A stretch of DNA of 64,000 bases, from the NCBI GenBank assembly GCA_030704615.1, contig CM060733.1:13144001-13208000 (forward strand). Reading direction: 5' to 3'. The DNA comes from Takakia lepidozioides (Eukaryota > Plantae > Bryophyta). Each line of letters starts with the position of its first letter. Position 1 is the stretch's first letter. A program made the position numbers and the translations under genes. The notes under the pieces are model-generated. The model ran no database searches. It was not told the DNA's origin and was given only the letters and a program-made list of their open reading frames with translations. Of this stretch, positions 37,695 through 51,572 are shown piece by piece.

Positions 37695-37799
37695 CCATAC
37701 CCAGGAAAAGGAAAAGCAGAGGATGTGGGGACCTTGCCCTACGAATATTAGGTAAGGGTGAGGTCCCACATCATCTGCTTTTCCTTTTCCTGCGTATGG
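37695..37799. repeat. 105-nt hairpin with ~46-bp arms (tiny MITE or pre-miRNA-like)
   Basis: CCATACCCAGGAAAAGGAAAAGCAGAGGATGTGGGGACC...GGTCCCACATCATCTGCTTTTCCTTTTCCTGCGTATGG. Confidence 0.8.
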
Positions 37800-38339
37800 G
37801 GGAAATTTTGTCAGTTTAGGGGCAAGGGTTCGCAGCATGGAATAGAAGAAGGCGAAGGATCTGGTCTAGCCTGGCCAATCTATCCCCATTCCCTCCCACA
37901 TCAGATCCCTATTCCCGCGCTCAAAATTTGAGGCCCCCTACTTCTCAGAATTTTATCAAGACATACAGGGAAGAATACTTGGAGCCAACATTCTTTATGC
38001 ATACCTCTTTTGCAAAACTAAATACTCTGGTTATGTCTGAATGGATTAGTTAAGCCTTAGAGGCAACAGCTCTGTTTCAGGCTCAATATATTAGTACAGG
38101 ACTGAGCTCACTCATTTGATCACAATTATGAGCTTGAAACCACTGTATTGTCAAAACTTTGCATTAGGTAGTCAAGAGATACTGGACAAGATAGATTAGA
38201 CCAATTAGACCAATTAAACTCTTGGGTTACGAGACTGTTTGCGTGAAGTAAATGTAACAACTGTGTCACTAGATTGCATAATATAGACGTGCACTACACT
38301 AGAACCGTGATGTAGTGTCCATGACACTATATTTCAACT

Positions 38340-41300
38340 ATGATACCAGCTGCTGCAAGAAGTAAGAAGTTCTTGGTGCTTCACCAGAAAATAATCCGCC
38401 ACAGCCATACCCATTGTTACCTTCCAGTAAGTCCAACAGGGGAGTGTAATCAAAGTCCCTAAACACCTTGTCCCGGATCAACTTCTTAGCTTTCTGGAAG
38501 CGTGGGTCTGGGGTTAACTGGAATACGGACAACAAAACCACAAAGTGAGCTTTCTATCCTCACGCAGGTCCATAAACAGCAACACAAAAGATGGAAAATC
38601 CCAACACCATGTTTGTACCCAGGGACTGCCCAATCAATGGCTCTAAGAAGGGGTAACAAGGTGGGAGAGGTTATGGACCCTCCAATTTCTGTCCATGATT
38701 GAAAGAGAAAAAGATATTGGTCTCACATGTCCTGCCTCTCTCTCCTTCCGCTGGCACATCGTCTGCTTTGACACCAAATAGGAAGAAATTTTCAGGGCCA
38801 ATCTCCTTGTGCCACTGGCCTCCATGCCAGCTGTACTGATATGCTGTGACAACTCACTGGCTGGAATCATAAGCTCCGCCGCTGTGACATTATAGTTGGG
38901 CACAAAGATGACCTGGTCTCCAACACAGAAACAGTGTTAGTTGCCACACTAATTTTGCCAGCAGGGGATGTACTCTGTGAACACCTACAGCGGCGACAGG
39001 GAAGGGAAAGGCAGGGTGGGTAGGCATCTGAGATATAAAGAGAGTCAGAGTTTTCACATCATAAGTAAACCTGCTCAAACACATGGTGACGCATTGATGT
39101 GGTACTAGGTGGATATGCAGCAGGACGATTTCAGATTCCCATGTCTAAGGTGTACACCATTGGATTTCAGAATCTAACACTTCCATCTCATTTGGAAAGG
39201 AATGGAGTCAGGCAATTCCAACCATCAGGTATAGCTGCCATCATGGCCACAGGCAAACAATTCTCCTTGTGCAACATTGCCCTCATTGTCAAACTGGACC
39301 ACCATCTCTCTGGAAGGTGAAAAGACATGCTACCGCTGAAAGGCATGATTTTCCAACTACGCTAATCCCTGTTCGACTCGTCATTGCTGTGTGCCCATGA
39401 ATACCATAATATAATCCCACCTGTCAGGCTCTCTATGCTCTACACCAAAGGAGAATCTTCACCCAAAGGAGCAATTACAAAAAGTGTGCAGCAAAAATCA
39501 TTTCAAAGTGTGGAAAATCCTGGTTAAGAAATAATTTGACATAGATACCTTAATCTTCTTGTAACGGTAGATGACACCCAATATGTTAAGCAGCCGGCGC
39601 TTGTACTCGTGGATACGCTTGATTTGTGTGTCAAAAAGTGCACTTGGATCCACTTTGACACCAGTTACGGCCAAAAGATACTCGGCTAGACGAATTTTGT
39701 TAGCCATCTTTGTTGCCTCCTACTCCTTATGTAGCTGCTCATCGTCTGCAAACTGCGAAAGCAGATACAAGGCTGAGGGATTGCACTACAACCAGAGGGA
39801 GAGAATGTACTCATAAGACGTGGTTTGCCGTAGCCTTGCAGCCATTGAGGGACCAGAGGGAGAGAGAAAAAGAGAAAGGATTCCATTGAGCCTAGGTGGT
39901 ACAAATTGCATATCCACAGTGAGGGATTGGAGGATGGAAAAACGGAGGGAGAGATGAGAGAGGAGAGATTGTACTCATAAGACGTTGTTTGCCGTAGCCT
40001 TGTGGCCATTGACCCCGTGCCCAGTTTGAGCGGGAACAACCGGAGAGAGGGAGAGATTGTACTCATAAGACGTTGTTTGCCGTATAGCCTGTGGCCATTG
40101 ACCCGCGCCCAGTTTGAGCGGAACAAAAGGGACAGAACCTACCTCTGTCAGGGGCTGACGTTGGTAGTAAGACTTCCTCCATATAAAGAATTAATCCGGG
40201 GTTTTCCAGATATCCTCTAGAAATCCCTTCACACAAGCATCAATCTGCTGTGTGTGATTTGCCCAAAAACTAGGCCTCAGGAGGGGCCTGGGCTTTTGGC
40301 TCGCCTCGAGACTTTCAAAGTTGGTAAACAGGGGTACAGGCACAATTCCCTTAATAGATTTGAAGAGAGCGTCTCTTTGGTGAGAGAACCCCGGACAGTG
40401 TATCAGAAAATGAATACTGTCTTCAGATGCCCACACAACGGGCAATTGCACTCTCCCTTTCCTCTCTGCTTCTGTTTGCTGTTCAAGGTAGGCTTCCTGC
40501 CCTGAGTTTAAATTTCAGTCTAGTGCCGAGAGTGGGTAGACCCTTGAGGTCATCAAGATGTCCTCCCCAGTCACAGACTGGAAACAAGTTCAGGGGAATA
40601 GTTCTGCCCTAACTTCATTTTCATCAGACAATCTCATGGCAATAGCCATGGCTGAGGACACTACAGCCTCTAAGTCAGAGAGGGAGAGAGAGAGAGGGAA
40701 TGCACCGACTACAGCTATGAACTTAACTTCATACTAAGAAGCATCTAATAGATTCCAACACTGCTTTTGTAGCTTTAGCTGACAAGAGAAGCAAATAATA
40801 TAACCTGCCAGTCACCCTCTAAAAGGAAAGGGAGATGATTCCACATTAAAGTTTGCTAGTCAGCGCCGTAAGACCCTCCAGATGCGATTTACCTGCATAT
40901 ATCAAGTTGGTGCTGAACTTCCAGAGTTGCTCCAAATAGAGCTTAACTTCTATACACCAATTTGATGAGGGTATTCACACCAATTTTCTGCCCCGAGGAG
41001 GGTCACAGACTTCAAGATTGTTTGTGGGAAAAACAGAAAGAAACAGTATAATGTCTCTAGGAGAGGGAGATTGAGACAGTTAGAGAGAGAGACAGAGAGA
41101 GGGGGAAAGAGACAAAGAAATGAAATGATTTGACAGCTTACGCCCACGAAATGCTCAAAGAGCTTATGGGACAAGAGAAAGTGGGAAACAAGAAGGACCC
41201 ACAACAAGCAGCCAGAAACCACAACTATTGCGAAGGAATTGTCGAACATGTAACGCCACATGCATATTATTCATCTGCCACAATGATCGTTAAACGACTG

Positions 41301-43040
41301 ACAGTTACACGCCGAAATGTCACCCTTTTATGGCAATGATTTTGGATTGCCATTGGGAAGAAGGATTGCAGCATTCATACTGGAACCACCACCATACCGG
41401 ATTGGCTATCTTGGAATAGGTCATAGTATCTCCCCCGGATATCATATTAGAAAGGACAGTGAGAGAAGAAATGTTCACTGTGAAACAAACAAACAAACAA
41501 ACAAACAAAGTTCTTTTACGTTCACTGGAAAATGCAGAGAGCTATGTGGACACAAAACAAAGAATGCACCTCAGACAAGGAAAGAGAGAAGAAACAAAGG
41601 AAGGAACTCAGTGTAGCACAGAGCTAATGGGACAAGAACACAGGTGAGGGAACAGTTCAGGGGAGGACATGTGGTGGGCATGCCTATCTGACGGAGCCCG
41701 GTCAGAAGGTCAAGGTTGGTGACCCACTCATCAGTCCGACGCCATTTGGTGATGATTGCACTCAGCTCAGGGCTGCAGTAACGCAGCCAGCGACGTGGGG
41801 TTACCCCATTGGTCTTGTTCTGGAATTTGTGGGGCCACAAGGAGCGGAAATCTGCAAACAGCTCCTTCTTCAAAATGTCGCTGTGAAGCTCAGCCACACC
41901 ATTGACCTGTGACCCACCCAGCCATGTTATCCAATCTTCTAACCAGTCTACTACTGCCTGCAATATTCAGTTTCAAGTACAAAGAAGCATTGAACATGCA
42001 TGGACTTGATATGAAGGTCATTGCTAGGGGGTTTACATATCGGCATGTCACATTTACTGCTTCCACCCCAGGCATCTGTGATAAAAGGTTTAGATGGCAG
42101 AAGTCTCCCAACACTGACATAATTTCTCATATTTTTGAGTACATTCATGCATTTTTTGCAGTTGCTTCTTCTAAGACTAGAGCTAGACTCACAGGTGAGA
42201 ATGAAGACGGAAGGAGGAAATGAATGAAGATACTTTGTAATCTCCAGGAGAGTGGACGCATGGGTCTCTGGGGGAAAGTAAAACAACAAAGCCTGAGTTC
42301 ACCAACATAGACATCCTCAAAAAAGCTGAGTTTGTTGACAGCAGCCTACCGTATGAGAGGACACCACACATAAATGTGCCATGCGGACAACTGGCTTTTC
42401 AGGGTTGTTATCCAACACACGTAAATCCTCCAGCTTGCTTTCTAGGTCAGGCCGATGGGTCTTTACCAACTGCAAAAACTGAATAGAACACATGCCAATT
42501 ACAAAGCCCCCGTCCAGAGCATCAGAAACCTGAACTGAAACCGACTTGCTACAAGTTTAAAGAAAGAACAACATGACAAAAGAGCATTCGACAATCACAA
42601 ATGCAGACCGGTTATGCCAGCCAGGTTGGAATTGAAAGCCCCCAGGAGAGCCACACACAAATAGAAGCTCAAGCCTTCCATGGCATTGCCAGAAGGGGAT
42701 AAAAGCATTAACGAACCTGCTTGTCAATTTCAGTTATTATCTCCATATGGCGTGGCAGCAGCTTAGCCATGACCTTTTGTGACCACTTCTCCAGAGCCTC
42801 GGGGAGCACAGTATGATTCGTGTATGCCACAGTGCTGCAACAGAAGAAAAATTCATTTACTCCAGATAGGTCTGATCTACAAACAAAATCACATCTACTT
42901 CTACCACAGGAGAACAGTGGAGTACATTTGCTTGAGCTCAATTTAAGCAGCTCTGCGACAATACAACGATAGAGAGAGAAAGCACACAGATGCGAACCTG
43001 CCAATGATAGCCCAGGCCTCGTCCCAGCCCAGCCTCGTCC
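38340..43040 (-). pseudogene. PHS2: Cytosolic alpha-glucan (starch) phosphorylase, H-type, partial pseudogene copy B
   Basis: Exons GLGWDEAW; [33 protein letters not shown]; VLDNNPEKPVVRMAHLCVVSSHT; VNGVAELHSDILKK..NKTNGVTPRRWL; [10 protein letters not shown]; [32 protein letters not shown] (followed by a deletion); FTPDPRF. No L78 insert. The EMSPEER exon is deleted, and there are a stop and LINE insertions. Confidence 0.92.
39965..40680 (-). mobile_element. 5'-truncated RTE/RTEX-like LINE with stacked extra 3'-end copies
   Basis: 40055-40680 is nearly identical to 50536-51140 (EDSIHFLIHCPGF...). Further short 3' ends at about 39970-40035, 39808-39850 and 45340-45385. Flanked by GA-rich tracts. 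Confidence 0.88.
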
Positions 43041-43439
43041 CATTTGCTTGTCAGCCTTGTGGCCATAAGACCCTCCAGATGCGATTTACCTGCATATATC
43101 AAGTTGGTGCTGAACTTCCAGAGTTGCTCCAAATAGAGCTTAACTTCTATACACCAATTTGATGAGGGTATTCACACCAATTTTCTGCCCCGAGGAGGGT
43201 CACAGACTTCAAGATTGTTTGTGGGAAAAACAGAAAGAAACAGTATAATGTCTCTAGGAGAGGGAGATTTAGACAGTTAGAGAGAGAGACAGAGAGAGGG
43301 GGAAAGAGAAGAAGTGAAATGATTTGACAGCTTATGCCCACGAAATGCTCAAAGAGCTTATGGGACAAGAGAAAGTGGGAAACAAGAAGGACCCACAACA
43401 AGCAGCCAGAAACCAAGAATGAAGCACCGAGAACTCGGT

Positions 43440-45300
43440 TGCAAGAAGTAAGAAGTTCTTGGTGCTTCACCAGAAAATAATCGCCACGGCCATACCCATT
43501 GTTACCTTCCAGTAAGTCCAACAGGGGAGTGTAATCAAAGTCCCCAAACACCTTGTCCCGGATCAACTCCTTAGCTTCCTGGAAGCATGGGTCTGGGGTA
43601 AACTGGAATATGGACAACAAAACCACAAAGTGAGCTTCGTATCCTCACGCAGGTCATAAACAACAGCAACACAAAAGATGGAAAATCCCAACACCATGTT
43701 TGTACCCAGCTCTAAGAAGGGGTAACAAGGTGGGAGAGGTTATGGACCCTCCAGTTTCTGTCCATGACTGAAAGAGAAAAAGATATTGGTCTCACATGTC
43801 CTGCCTCTCTCTCCTTCTGCAACCGTCGCACATCGTCTGCTTCCAAACAGGAAGAAGTTTTCAGGGCCAATCTCCTCCCGACTCTCAACATTAGCACCAT
43901 CAAGAGTGCCAATTATAAGGCAACCGTTGAGTGCAAACTTCATGTTGCTTGTGCCACTGGCCTCCATGCCAGCTGTACTGATATGCTGTGACAACTCACT
44001 GGCTGGAATCATAAGCTCCGCCGCTGTGACATTATAGTTGGGCACAAAGATGACCTGGTCTCCAACACAGAAACAGTGTTAGTTGCCACACTAATTTTGC
44101 CAGCAGGGGATGTACTCTGTGAACGCCTACAGCGGCGACAGGGAAGGGAAAGGCAGGGTGGGTAGGCATCTGAGATATAAAGAGAGTCAGAGTTTTCACA
44201 TCATAAGTAAACCTGCTCAAACACATGGTTGACGCATTGATGTGGGTACTAGGTGGATATGCAGCAGGACGATTTCAGATTCCCATGTCTAAGGTGTACA
44301 CCATTGGATTTCAGAATCTAACGCTTCCAAGATCGCATTCGCGTTGTTGCCAAAAGTTCCAAGAGCAAGCTGACTATGATGCCAAGGCAATTGACAGTCC
44401 AAAGGCAATCTATTCAGACAGACTTGTGATGTGGATTCAGATCCAAACCTTGAGTAGATCACCGATATCTGGATCCTTGTTGACAACCGCACCAACATCA
44501 GTCATGAGCTTGACAATCCGTTTGGCTTGGGCATATGTGGCAAATGCCTTGCCTCCAAACATCGAAACATGGGGAACTACCTTCTGCCTCTCTTCTGGGC
44601 TCATCTCCTGTACATATCCACGCATACATGTAAAACTACCTCCTCAACTCTCTGCTTATGCAAACACCAACCCCGACATAGACCATACGAATAAAAAGAT
44701 GAATACTCAATCACCTGTGATCTCATTTGGAAAGGAATGGAGTCAGGCAATTCCAACCATCAGGTATAGCTGCCATCATGGCCACAGGCAAACAATTCTC
44801 CTTGTGCAACATTGCCCTCATTGTCAAACTGGACCACCATCTCTCTGGAAGGTGAAAAGACATGCTACCGCTGAAGGCAATGATTTCCAACTACGCTAAT
44901 CCCTGTACGACTCGTCATTGCTGTGTGCCCATGAATACCATAATATAATCCCACCTGACAGGCTCTCTATGCTCTACACCAAAGGAGAATCTTCACCCAA
45001 AGGAGCAATTACAAAAAAGTGTGCAGCAAAAATCATTTCAAAGTGCGGAAATCCAGGTTAAGAAATAATTTTACATAGATACCTTAATCTTCTTGTAACG
45101 GTAGATGACACCCAATATGTTAAGCAGCTGGCGCATGTACTCGTGGATACGCTTGATTTGTGTGTCAAAAAGTGCACTTGGATCCACTTTGACACCAGTT
45201 ACGGCCAAAAGGTACTCGGCTAGACGAATTTTGTTAGCCATCTTTGCTGCCTCCCACTCCTTATGTAGCTGCTCATCGTCTGCAAACTGCGAATGCAGAT
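43440..45300 (-). pseudogene. PHS2: Cytosolic alpha-glucan phosphorylase, partial pseudogene copy A (3'-half exons only)
   Basis: Exons [76 protein letters not shown] (PLP lysine motif) and GYGRGDYFLV. Near-identical to 38340-39960 including introns. Confidence 0.92.
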
Positions 45301-45604
45301 ACAAGGCTGAGGGATTGCACTACAACCAGAGGGAGAGAATGTACTCATAAGACGTGGTTTGCCGTAGCCTTGCAGCCATTGAGGGACCAGAGGGAGAGAG
45401 AAAAAGAGAAAGGATTCCATTGAGCCTAGGTGGTACAAATTGCATATCCACAGTGAGGGATTGGAGGGTGAACCGGAGAGAGGGAGAGAGAGAGAGAGAG
45501 CTGGTAACAGGGTACTTAGAATGTTGTTGAAAAAATGAAAAATTTGGCGTGGGTGGGTCCAAATTGGACCCTTATTGTTTTGTTTTTTTTTTTTGTGAAG
45601 GCCC

Positions 45605-46144
45605 TTACGGGGTCACTGGAGCAGGAGGTGGCGTCTTCATGTGCCCCACCTGCCCCTTATTAGAACTTCTCTTGGCTTCCCCAAGTTCCACCGAGGCCTT
45701 GTGAGATCCGGAGGAAGTGGTACCCGCCAAAAGAGATTTTAGGGACAGTTTAGCGGCGCTCTTCTTTGACTTTCCCTGGCCTTCGCCCGATTCCCCGGAG
45801 ACCTTGTGAGCTCCCGAAGAAGTGGAACCCGGCAAGAGAGCCTTGAAGAAGCGCTTAGCTCCTGCCTTCTTTGACTTCGTCTTTACAGATCCGATCCATC
45901 CCCCGGATGCCTTGTGAGATCCCGGGAAATGTCGACCCGTCTTAAAGAGATAGTCCAAATGCATCTTTGCTTCCATTGCAACTTCGTGAGAAGTGTTCAC
46001 CACATATTTTCCGCGCACCCTAGCTTCCAACGCAGCCTTGTGAGATGCGAGAGATGCCATTTGCAGGAAAACTTGTGAGAAATTAACGAGAGGATGGTCC
46101 CCTAGGTCCATTTTATAGTTTGAATAATCATCCGCTCCATTCAT
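45605..46144 (-). CDS. Orphan 179-aa ORF, basic G/S/K-rich C-half with internal repeats
   Basis: Intact ATG-to-stop ORF with repeats PG..SHKASG, LLPGSTSSGAHKVSGESGE and LLAGTTSSGSHKASVELGE, followed by an A-rich tract on the minus strand. Confidence 0.4.
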   Translation of the reverse strand: MNGADDYSNYKMDLGDHPLVNFSQVFLQMASLASHKAALEARVRGKYVVNTSHEVAMEAKMHLDYLFKTGRHFPGSHKASGGWIGSVKTKSKKAGAKRFFKALLPGSTSSGAHKVSGESGEGQGKSKKSAAKLSLKSLLAGTTSSGSHKASVELGEAKRSSNKGQVGHMKTPPPAPVTP

Positions 46145-49100
46145 CCATTCAAGTCAAAAGGGGACAGACCACTAAAGAGGGTGGCCCTTTAATTTGGCGG
46201 GTTAAGAAAACACACCCCTGCAGAGTATTACCATCTGCTGCAGGCGCAAACGATGTTGTGTGTCGGTTGCTTGAAGAATGACAAATTTTCTCCTTTTTAT
46301 CAAACAGGCAACGGTGGTTGTGGCTGGTGGTATCACTAGCTTGCTGTCCTCACACCAGGGCATGAAAGTAGTTTGGCCCCAGTTATTTCCAAGCTGCTTG
46401 TAAGCTTTGGTGGTTGTAGTCTGCTTTCAGTATGGCTGATAAGCTGGAAGCTCTTTTGGTTAACACTGAGAAGTTTAGAATCGCCAGACTTCAGACATAA
46501 GCCACAAAGGAAGTCCTTTCGATTGAGGTCTTGGTTAATCCCCAACTGGGCGAATGCAGACGTAGCTGCCATGACACGAAATTCTGGTCATGGTTCTAAT
46601 CGCAATCTGCACTGTGGAGCTCCAGGCCTGGAGGGTGAGGGGGACAGACCATTGGATTGATTTTTAATCTCAAGTTCTGAAGTGCTGAATTGGTGTGTCT
46701 TCTTCATCTTTCCCCTGTCTGTTTGGGTTCCATTCTTTCTCATCCCTTACCAGATTCTTCAGAGGAGTATTCACCAAGGAAGGGTAATGATAGACTTGCC
46801 AGTGAGAGCCAATACTGAGTGAACATTACCACTGAGTTGTACTGTAATCGCTGTGCAGCTGCGCGAGTCCAAAGGAATGACCACCATCAAGTCTCGGCCA
46901 CATTCGGGCGAGGTAGACAATTTCTGAAACTAGCAATTGTCATACTGCTTTCACCTAATTAGTCTTGATTCCCTTCTTGCCAAAACAGGGGATCTTGATT
47001 CTGCTATTACTGCTACAAGTTCCTGCTTTAACACTCTTACTTGGATGAGTAGGCGGGAGATCTCGACCATCTGGCCGCCACCTTTTTGTTGGCACATAGC
47101 ATAGCCCATGGAAATAATCTCCGCAAGTCTCCTGGACTCCAGTACCTGTTACTACCTTGCACAGGTCCTACCTTCCTCCCTTCCTATTTTAAAGCCATTT
47201 CCATTTTTGTTTCTGGGTGTTGTAGTATTTTAGTTGCTCTCTCCTGTCTTGCCATCTCTACATTTAAAGCAGTCCTGATCCAGTGCCAATCCAATGGACC
47301 TTGTGCCATTTCTCCTGGCCATGTCACCTCTTAGCAACAACTCGCTCTTTTTGGACTACCATCGCAACCCTTTTCCCATGTTCTTTGCAAGGACAGCATT
47401 GCCACCCAGGTATTCCATCCTAAACTTTGGTGGTATTGTATAGGTAATTTCTAATGTATGGAATGGAGAATTACCATAAACTAATTCTTGTTCACATGTG
47501 AAATGGCTGGTATGCATGGTTCAGGTCATGCAAATCCATGTCAATTCTCTTCATTCTAGTGACAGCACAGCATTCTGTCAATCTCTCCATGCTATTTTCA
47601 ATTGTTTAGTAGCTTTAAAAGAAGATATGCTAAGTATGTACACACAGAGCTGCCAACGTGGGCCTTCCTGACTGTCAGACACTGAAGGCCCGGCTGTCTA
47701 CTTCCCAAGTTTTAGCTTTATATTGTTCTGTGTCTATCTGATTGGTGGAACCAGGTGTGGAAACTGAGTGCATGTGATATTTGTGAAATTGCACACAACT
47801 CAGGCTATCAATCAGGCTTTTCCCATGCCCTTAAGGTGAGTCCTGGCACCTGGGCCATTTCTTTGTACGGAAACACCCATGATTTTTCTAGTGCTTTGCT
47901 GGACGGTAGTAAGTATTCATCAGTAGCCCTATGTGTAATTGTTGTAGAACTAAAAAAAATTCTCAGGAACTTCAGACTCTCAGGAACTTCAGACTCTCAG
48001 GAACTCAGACTCTTTTTAGCAAAACAGTACATATCAACTACTTCAGAAACCATCTCCCATGGATCATGTCATCTTTTGGACGGACCCTTTCCTGAGTCAT
48101 AATGCTTGAACTAATTGCATCTCATTCTCAGGCTTGAGTGGCTGTGAGGTGGGATTGTCGTTTGACTCTTTTAAGGCTGGTCAAGGAGGACCAAAGCCAA
48201 CACCGGTCTGTTGTTTCCTTTCTCTGCAAGCTTGTTTCCTGTACAGACTAGGGCTTAGCATTGTCACCCATGTAAAGGAAACTTCCTTAGCAGCCATGTG
48301 TGGTCTTTTCTTTGGCTGTTTGCAGCCATTAGTCTGCATACAATCCAGCTCAATATTAACCCGTTGAATGTCCTACAGTTTGGAAGTTTGTATATCTAAT
48401 GATTTTGTTTACCATTCTCAATGGTGGGCCTGTAATGCTGGGGGGTGGGGAGGCAGTTACATTGGATTGGAAAGGACTACTTCAAGAGAAATGTCCCTCA
48501 CATGCGTGTGGAATTCCGCCATGAGGTATGACTGGAAATGCATGCACAGCCACAGCCACGAAAAGATTAAGAACAGTAATATATTCGATCCTGAATGATT
48601 AACTCTGGTTTAGGACGGTGTTACGTTTTGAAGCCTCCTTCCAGAAAGGCAATGAACATCTGGTTACATTAATTTGTCCATAGCTGAAGTTCTAGTGTTA
48701 AATATCCAAGGTTACGAAAACTCCACCAGCACCCCCGACCTCTGTTTAGCCAATGACAGATAACTTCGGGCCAAAGGCACTGATTGGTGAAGGTTCATAT
48801 GGTAGGGTTTACCTTGCAAGATTACAAGATCATGTGGCTGCAATCAAGAAGTTGGATGCGAGCACTCAGCCAGATAATGAGTTTCTATCACAGGCATGAC
48901 TCCTCTCACTTGCTTTCCAATGTGGTTCAATGATTATTCAAAGGCTTATGGCTATTCTGCCATCTGTGCCTTTGCAGGTCGCATTTGAACTTCTGATATG
49001 CAGATGTATATTTTCCTGAATCTGGAAGGGCTATCTAACAACATATTTGGTGTAAATATGTGAGGAATGAAAATAGGTGTAGGTAATGGTAGGTAATGTT

Positions 49101-50535
49101 CGTGGCCCTCTCTTAGTGTTGTGATGTACAGCTGCTGAAAACCTTCCCTCATGCAGCCTCTCCGGTTTTTTAAGAGGTTCTGTAAAGACAGCTGAAAAAT
49201 AAATCCATGACTTCTCCTTGAGCTGCCATATTTTTTAGTTTGTGATGGTTCCAGGTGTCAACGATAGTCGTTGTAACTGAGATTTTGGAAACAAAGAGCA
49301 TATAAGCTGTGAAGTTAGCAGGCATGCACCATCTCACATGAATTGCATATCACCATTGTAGGGGGGCATTTATTTTGTGAGATTGTAATTGGGAAAGATT
49401 TTGTGTGAAGAAACCTTGTTTTTTCATTCAGGCTCTTTTAGTCAGCTGGAAAATAATTGTCATGAATATTGTCGATTATAGATACGCAAACAGCATGTTC
49501 TTACTTTCCTTTCAAGCCTATTAACTGGCCCATTCAGGACATGACCTATTTTCTTTCAATATGAACAGTGGAGTTTGCAACACAGGCAGCCTCCTCTCAG
49601 GTATGCATAATCCCTCTTGCTTTTCCTCATGACAGCTGGCATAAACATGTATGTAGAGGTAGGAAAGGTGTGAAGGGTGCACAGCCTGGGCCTGTGCTCG
49701 ACTGGATGCAACGTGTGCAAATTGCGGTTGGGGCAGCAAGGGGGCTTGAGTAGCTGCACGAGAAGGCTCAGCCAGCCATTACTCATCGAGATATCAAGTC
49801 CAGCAATATCTTACTATTTGATGATTACACTTCCAAGATCGCAGATTTCAACCTATCAAATCAGACCCCAGACATGGCTGCACGTCTGCACTCCACACGT
49901 GTTCTTGGCACTTTTGGTTACCATGCACCTGAGTAAGCTTTCCGTACTTCTTTTCTCTTAATCAAACGTTGTCTTTTCCTAGGGTATGTAAACCAGCTCC
50001 AGTGCACCAGAAGGTCTGTTAAGAAGAATTAAACCAGGGGATGCTGCAGCTTGTCAATAAGGAGAGTAGTAGTGTTTTATTTTTATTTTTTTGAATTGGA
50101 GGAATTCAAGCGAGTTGTTGACAGTGGATGCTGTTGGGCCATATGGAGCACTATTTCAGTGCCCAAATTTTTACGAAGATAATCTTGGCTACCTTGAAAA
50201 GGTAAAGTCCCTGTGCTGGTGGGCATGAATTGTGTTGTTATCTGTATTTGGTGTTCAAGCTGGAATGCAAAAGGGTGAGTTAAATGCCTTGAAGTTAAGG
50301 TGCAGCCTGCAGTGGTAATACATACCCAGTACTATCAAAGTCCAAGCTGGTACTGCATTGACGATTATAGGTTATCTGAGCAGGCTTCCATTCAATGCAG
50401 CTATGGTTGCTTAGACTCTCTAATTTTGGTTTAGGGTCCAAACCCAAACCTTTTAGGTCAAAGTATGCGGCATCATCACAGTGCTCAAATTTGGGAGGGA
50501 TGGCCTGGGTTGGTTACCTTGGAAAGATAGATTGT

Positions 50536-51572
50536 ACTCATAAGACGTTGTTTGCCGTAGCCTTGTGGCCATTGACCCCACGCCCAGTTTGAGCGGGAAC
50601 AAAAGGGACAGAACCTACCTCTGTCAGGGGCTGACGTTGGTAGTGTGACTTACCATCATATATAGAATTAATCCGGGTTTTCCAGATATCCTCTAGAAAT
50701 CCCTTCACACAAGCATCAATCTGCTTGTGATTTGCCCAAAAACTAGGCCTCAGGAGGGCCTGGGCTTTTGGCTCAGCCTCGAGACTTTCAAAATTGTTAA
50801 ACAGGGGAACAGGCACAATTCCCTTGATAGAGTTGAAGAGAGAGAACCCCGGACAGTGTATCAGAAAGTGAATACTGTCTTCAGATTGCCCACACAGCGG
50901 GCAATTGCACTCTCCCTTTCCTCTCTGCTTCTGTTTGCTGTTCAAAGGTAGGCTTCCTGCCCTGAGTTTAAATTTCAGTCTAGTGCCGAGAGTGGGTAGA
51001 CCCTTGAGGTCATCCAAGATGTCCTCCCCCATGTCACTGACTGGAAACAAGTTCAGGGAAGTTTTCTGCCTAACTTCATTTTCATCAGACAATCTCATGG
51101 CAACAGACATGGCTGAGGACACTACAGCCTCTAAGTCAGATTTATCCAGCAGGGTCAAGGCTTGCGGATCCAGGTCCAGGTCCTTGAGAATCTCTTCTAC
51201 TCTCTTCTGCCAGGACTTAGCCTGTTTGACAGGGCGGTCCTGTTTCCAAGATATAGAGTCGATTAACTTAGGATATCTGGTGTTGGGCATATGTTGCAGC
51301 TGACCCCACCATCTGACCTTGAATTCATCTCGTCGGGAGCTTAAGGACGGAATGCCAAACTCACCCCGAACAGCCACATTGGCTGTTTTGGAGCATGCTG
51401 ACATACACTCCTTAAGCACCCCCACTTGAATGGATTCTAGAGACTTAGCCTGGTTGGAGTTATCAACCCATATAGCAGATCCGTACTCCAAGGCAGGTCT
51501 AATAACGCGACAAAGCATGGTTTTCTTAACCTCAGAGTTGACCCCTCTGCAGTGGAAAATTTAGTGGAAAAA
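50536..51572 (-). mobile_element. 5'-truncated RTE/RTEX-like LINE (RT thumb plus CCHC finger) in the kinase intron
   Basis: IRPALEYGSAIW...AVRGEFG...FKLRAGSLPLN...CPLCGQSEDSIHFLIHCP. 18-bp direct repeat CTTGGAAAGATAGATTGT at 50518-50535 and 51573-51590. Confidence 0.92.

Noticed and set aside
47962-48013. Three copies of CTCAGGAACTTCAGACT, and ACTGGAA repeats at about 3200-3290
   Set aside because: Ordinary short tandem slippage repeats with no further structure.
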